Assembly: GCA_041497895.1 (NCBI GenBank)
Contig: JBGQHJ010000114.1
Location: 1-16,267 of the forward strand
Reading direction: 5' to 3'
Source: Candidatus Methylomirabilia bacterium
GTDB lineage: Bacteria > Methylomirabilota > Methylomirabilia > Rokubacteriales > CSP1-6
DNA: 16,267 nucleotides
The translations under genes were made by a program, and so were the position numbers. Numbering within the stretch: position 1 is the first letter of the stretch; every line of letters begins with the position of its first letter. The notes beneath the pieces are model-generated. The model did no database searches. It worked only from the letters and a program-made list of their open reading frames with translations, and had not been told where the DNA came from. Shown piece after piece: positions 15,364 through 16,267 of the stretch.

Positions 15364-16267
15364 CTAGGTGGCGCGTGGGCATCGACATCGGCGGCACCTT
15401 CACCGACGCCGCGCTCGTGGACGGCGAGACCGGCCAGGTCCGCGTGGTGAAGGTGCTCACCACACCGGAGGATCCGGCCCTGGGCTTCATGGCCGCGCTC
15501 GAGCGGGGTCTCGCGGAATGCGGGGCCGGAGGCCGCGACGTCGCCGCGGTGGTGCACGCCACCACGGTGGCGACCAACGCCATCATCGAGGGCAAGATCG
15601 CGCGCGTGGGCATGCTCGTGACACGCGGCTTCCGCGACATCCTGGAGATCGGGCGACAGATCCGCTCGCGGCTCTACGACGTGCACCTCCAGAAGCCCGC
15701 CCCCCTGGTCCCGCGCCGCTGGAGCCTCGAGGTCGGCGAGCGCCTCGACGCCGACGGCGCGGTGCTCGAGCCGCTCGACGAGGGTGCGGTACGCGCGGCG
15801 GTGCGCCGGCTGCGGGCCGAGGCGGTCGAGGCGGTGGTGATCTGCTTTCTCCACTCCTACCTGAATCCGGCCCACGAGCGCGCCGCCGCCGCGATCGTGC
15901 GGAAGGAGATGCCGGAGGCCTGGCTGTCGGTCTCCTCCGAGGTGTGCCCCGAGTTCCGCGAGTACCTGCGGGGCAGCACCGCGGCGGTGAACGCGGCGGT
16001 CATGCCCATCGTCTCGCGCTACGTGGACGCGCTCGAGTCGCGGCTCGCCGCCCTCGGCGCCACCGCGCCGTTCTACGTGATGCAGTCCAACGGCGGCGTC
16101 ATGACGTCGGCCTCGGCCAAGGAGCGCCCGGTCTACATGGTCGAGTCCGGGCCGGCCGCGGGAGTCATCGCGGCCGCGGCGGTGGCCGCGCCGTACCGTT
16201 ACGCCAACGTGCTCTCGTTCGACATGGGCGGCACCACCGCCAAGGTCGGGCTGATCCAGGACGGGCG
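15360..16267 (+). CDS. Hydantoinase A / 5-oxoprolinase ATP-binding subunit (HyuA-like), 3'-truncated; missing from the ORF track
   Basis: GTGA overlap at 15360 gives MTRWRVGIDIGGTFTD, then KVLTTPEDP, HATTVATNAIIEG, TRGFRDILEIGRQ, FLHSYLNPAHE, PEFREYLR, MQSNGG, ESGPAAG, DMGGTTAKV; open to the window end. Confidence 0.93.
   Translation, partial: MTRWRVGIDIGGTFTDAALVDGETGQVRVVKVLTTPEDPALGFMAALERGLAECGAGGRDVAAVVHATTVATNAIIEGKIARVGMLVTRGFRDILEIGRQIRSRLYDVHLQKPAPLVPRRWSLEVGERLDADGAVLEPLDEGAVRAAVRRLRAEAVEAVVICFLHSYLNPAHERAAAAIVRKEMPEAWLSVSSEVCPEFREYLRGSTAAVNAAVMPIVSRYVDALESRLAALGATAPFYVMQSNGGVMTSASAKERPVYMVESGPAAGVIAAAAVAAPYRYANVLSFDMGGTTAKVGLIQDG

Noticed and set aside
1..16267. Genetic code with general UGA reassignment (Trp or Gly)
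   Set aside because: TGA is a normal stop for many genes here, including ATGA/GTGA overlaps, and TGG encodes Trp throughout.
1..16267. CRISPR array, tRNA (including tRNA-Sec), rRNA, transposase or sel genes
   Set aside because: No spaced direct repeats or recognisable RNA genes in the short intergenic gaps, and no matching protein motifs; Sec machinery would have to lie outside the window.

Overview
Very GC-rich bacterial window of metabolic genes, with no rRNA, tRNA, CRISPR array or transposase. (1) A + strand operon: acyl-CoA synthetase (5'-truncated), Rid-family protein, MerB-like protein, zeta-crystallin-type quinone oxidoreductase. (2) A long palindrome, then a convergent - strand unit: YidB-like protein, TPR lipoprotein, 4Fe-4S/molybdopterin oxidoreductase, 2-keto-4-pentenoate hydratase-like protein. 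(3) Divergent TTGACA promoters and a PhyH-family dioxygenase. (4) A + strand cluster: large UGSC-motif protein, a paralogue of its C-terminal domain, amidase, AtzH-like protein, hydantoinase/oxoprolinase B and A (3'-truncated). Main result: two genes that the ORF track splits at an in-frame TGA are most likely selenoproteins, each with a SECIS-like hairpin 11-12 nt after the UGA. One is a MerB-fold lyase with Sec at the position of catalytic Cys159 (1864..2586, no mer genes in the window). The other is a 582-aa fusion protein with a C-U-G-S-C motif resembling the GrdB/PrdB Sec site (9050..10798), upstream of C-N hydrolase genes. Family calls come from motif recognition by eye, not database searches.
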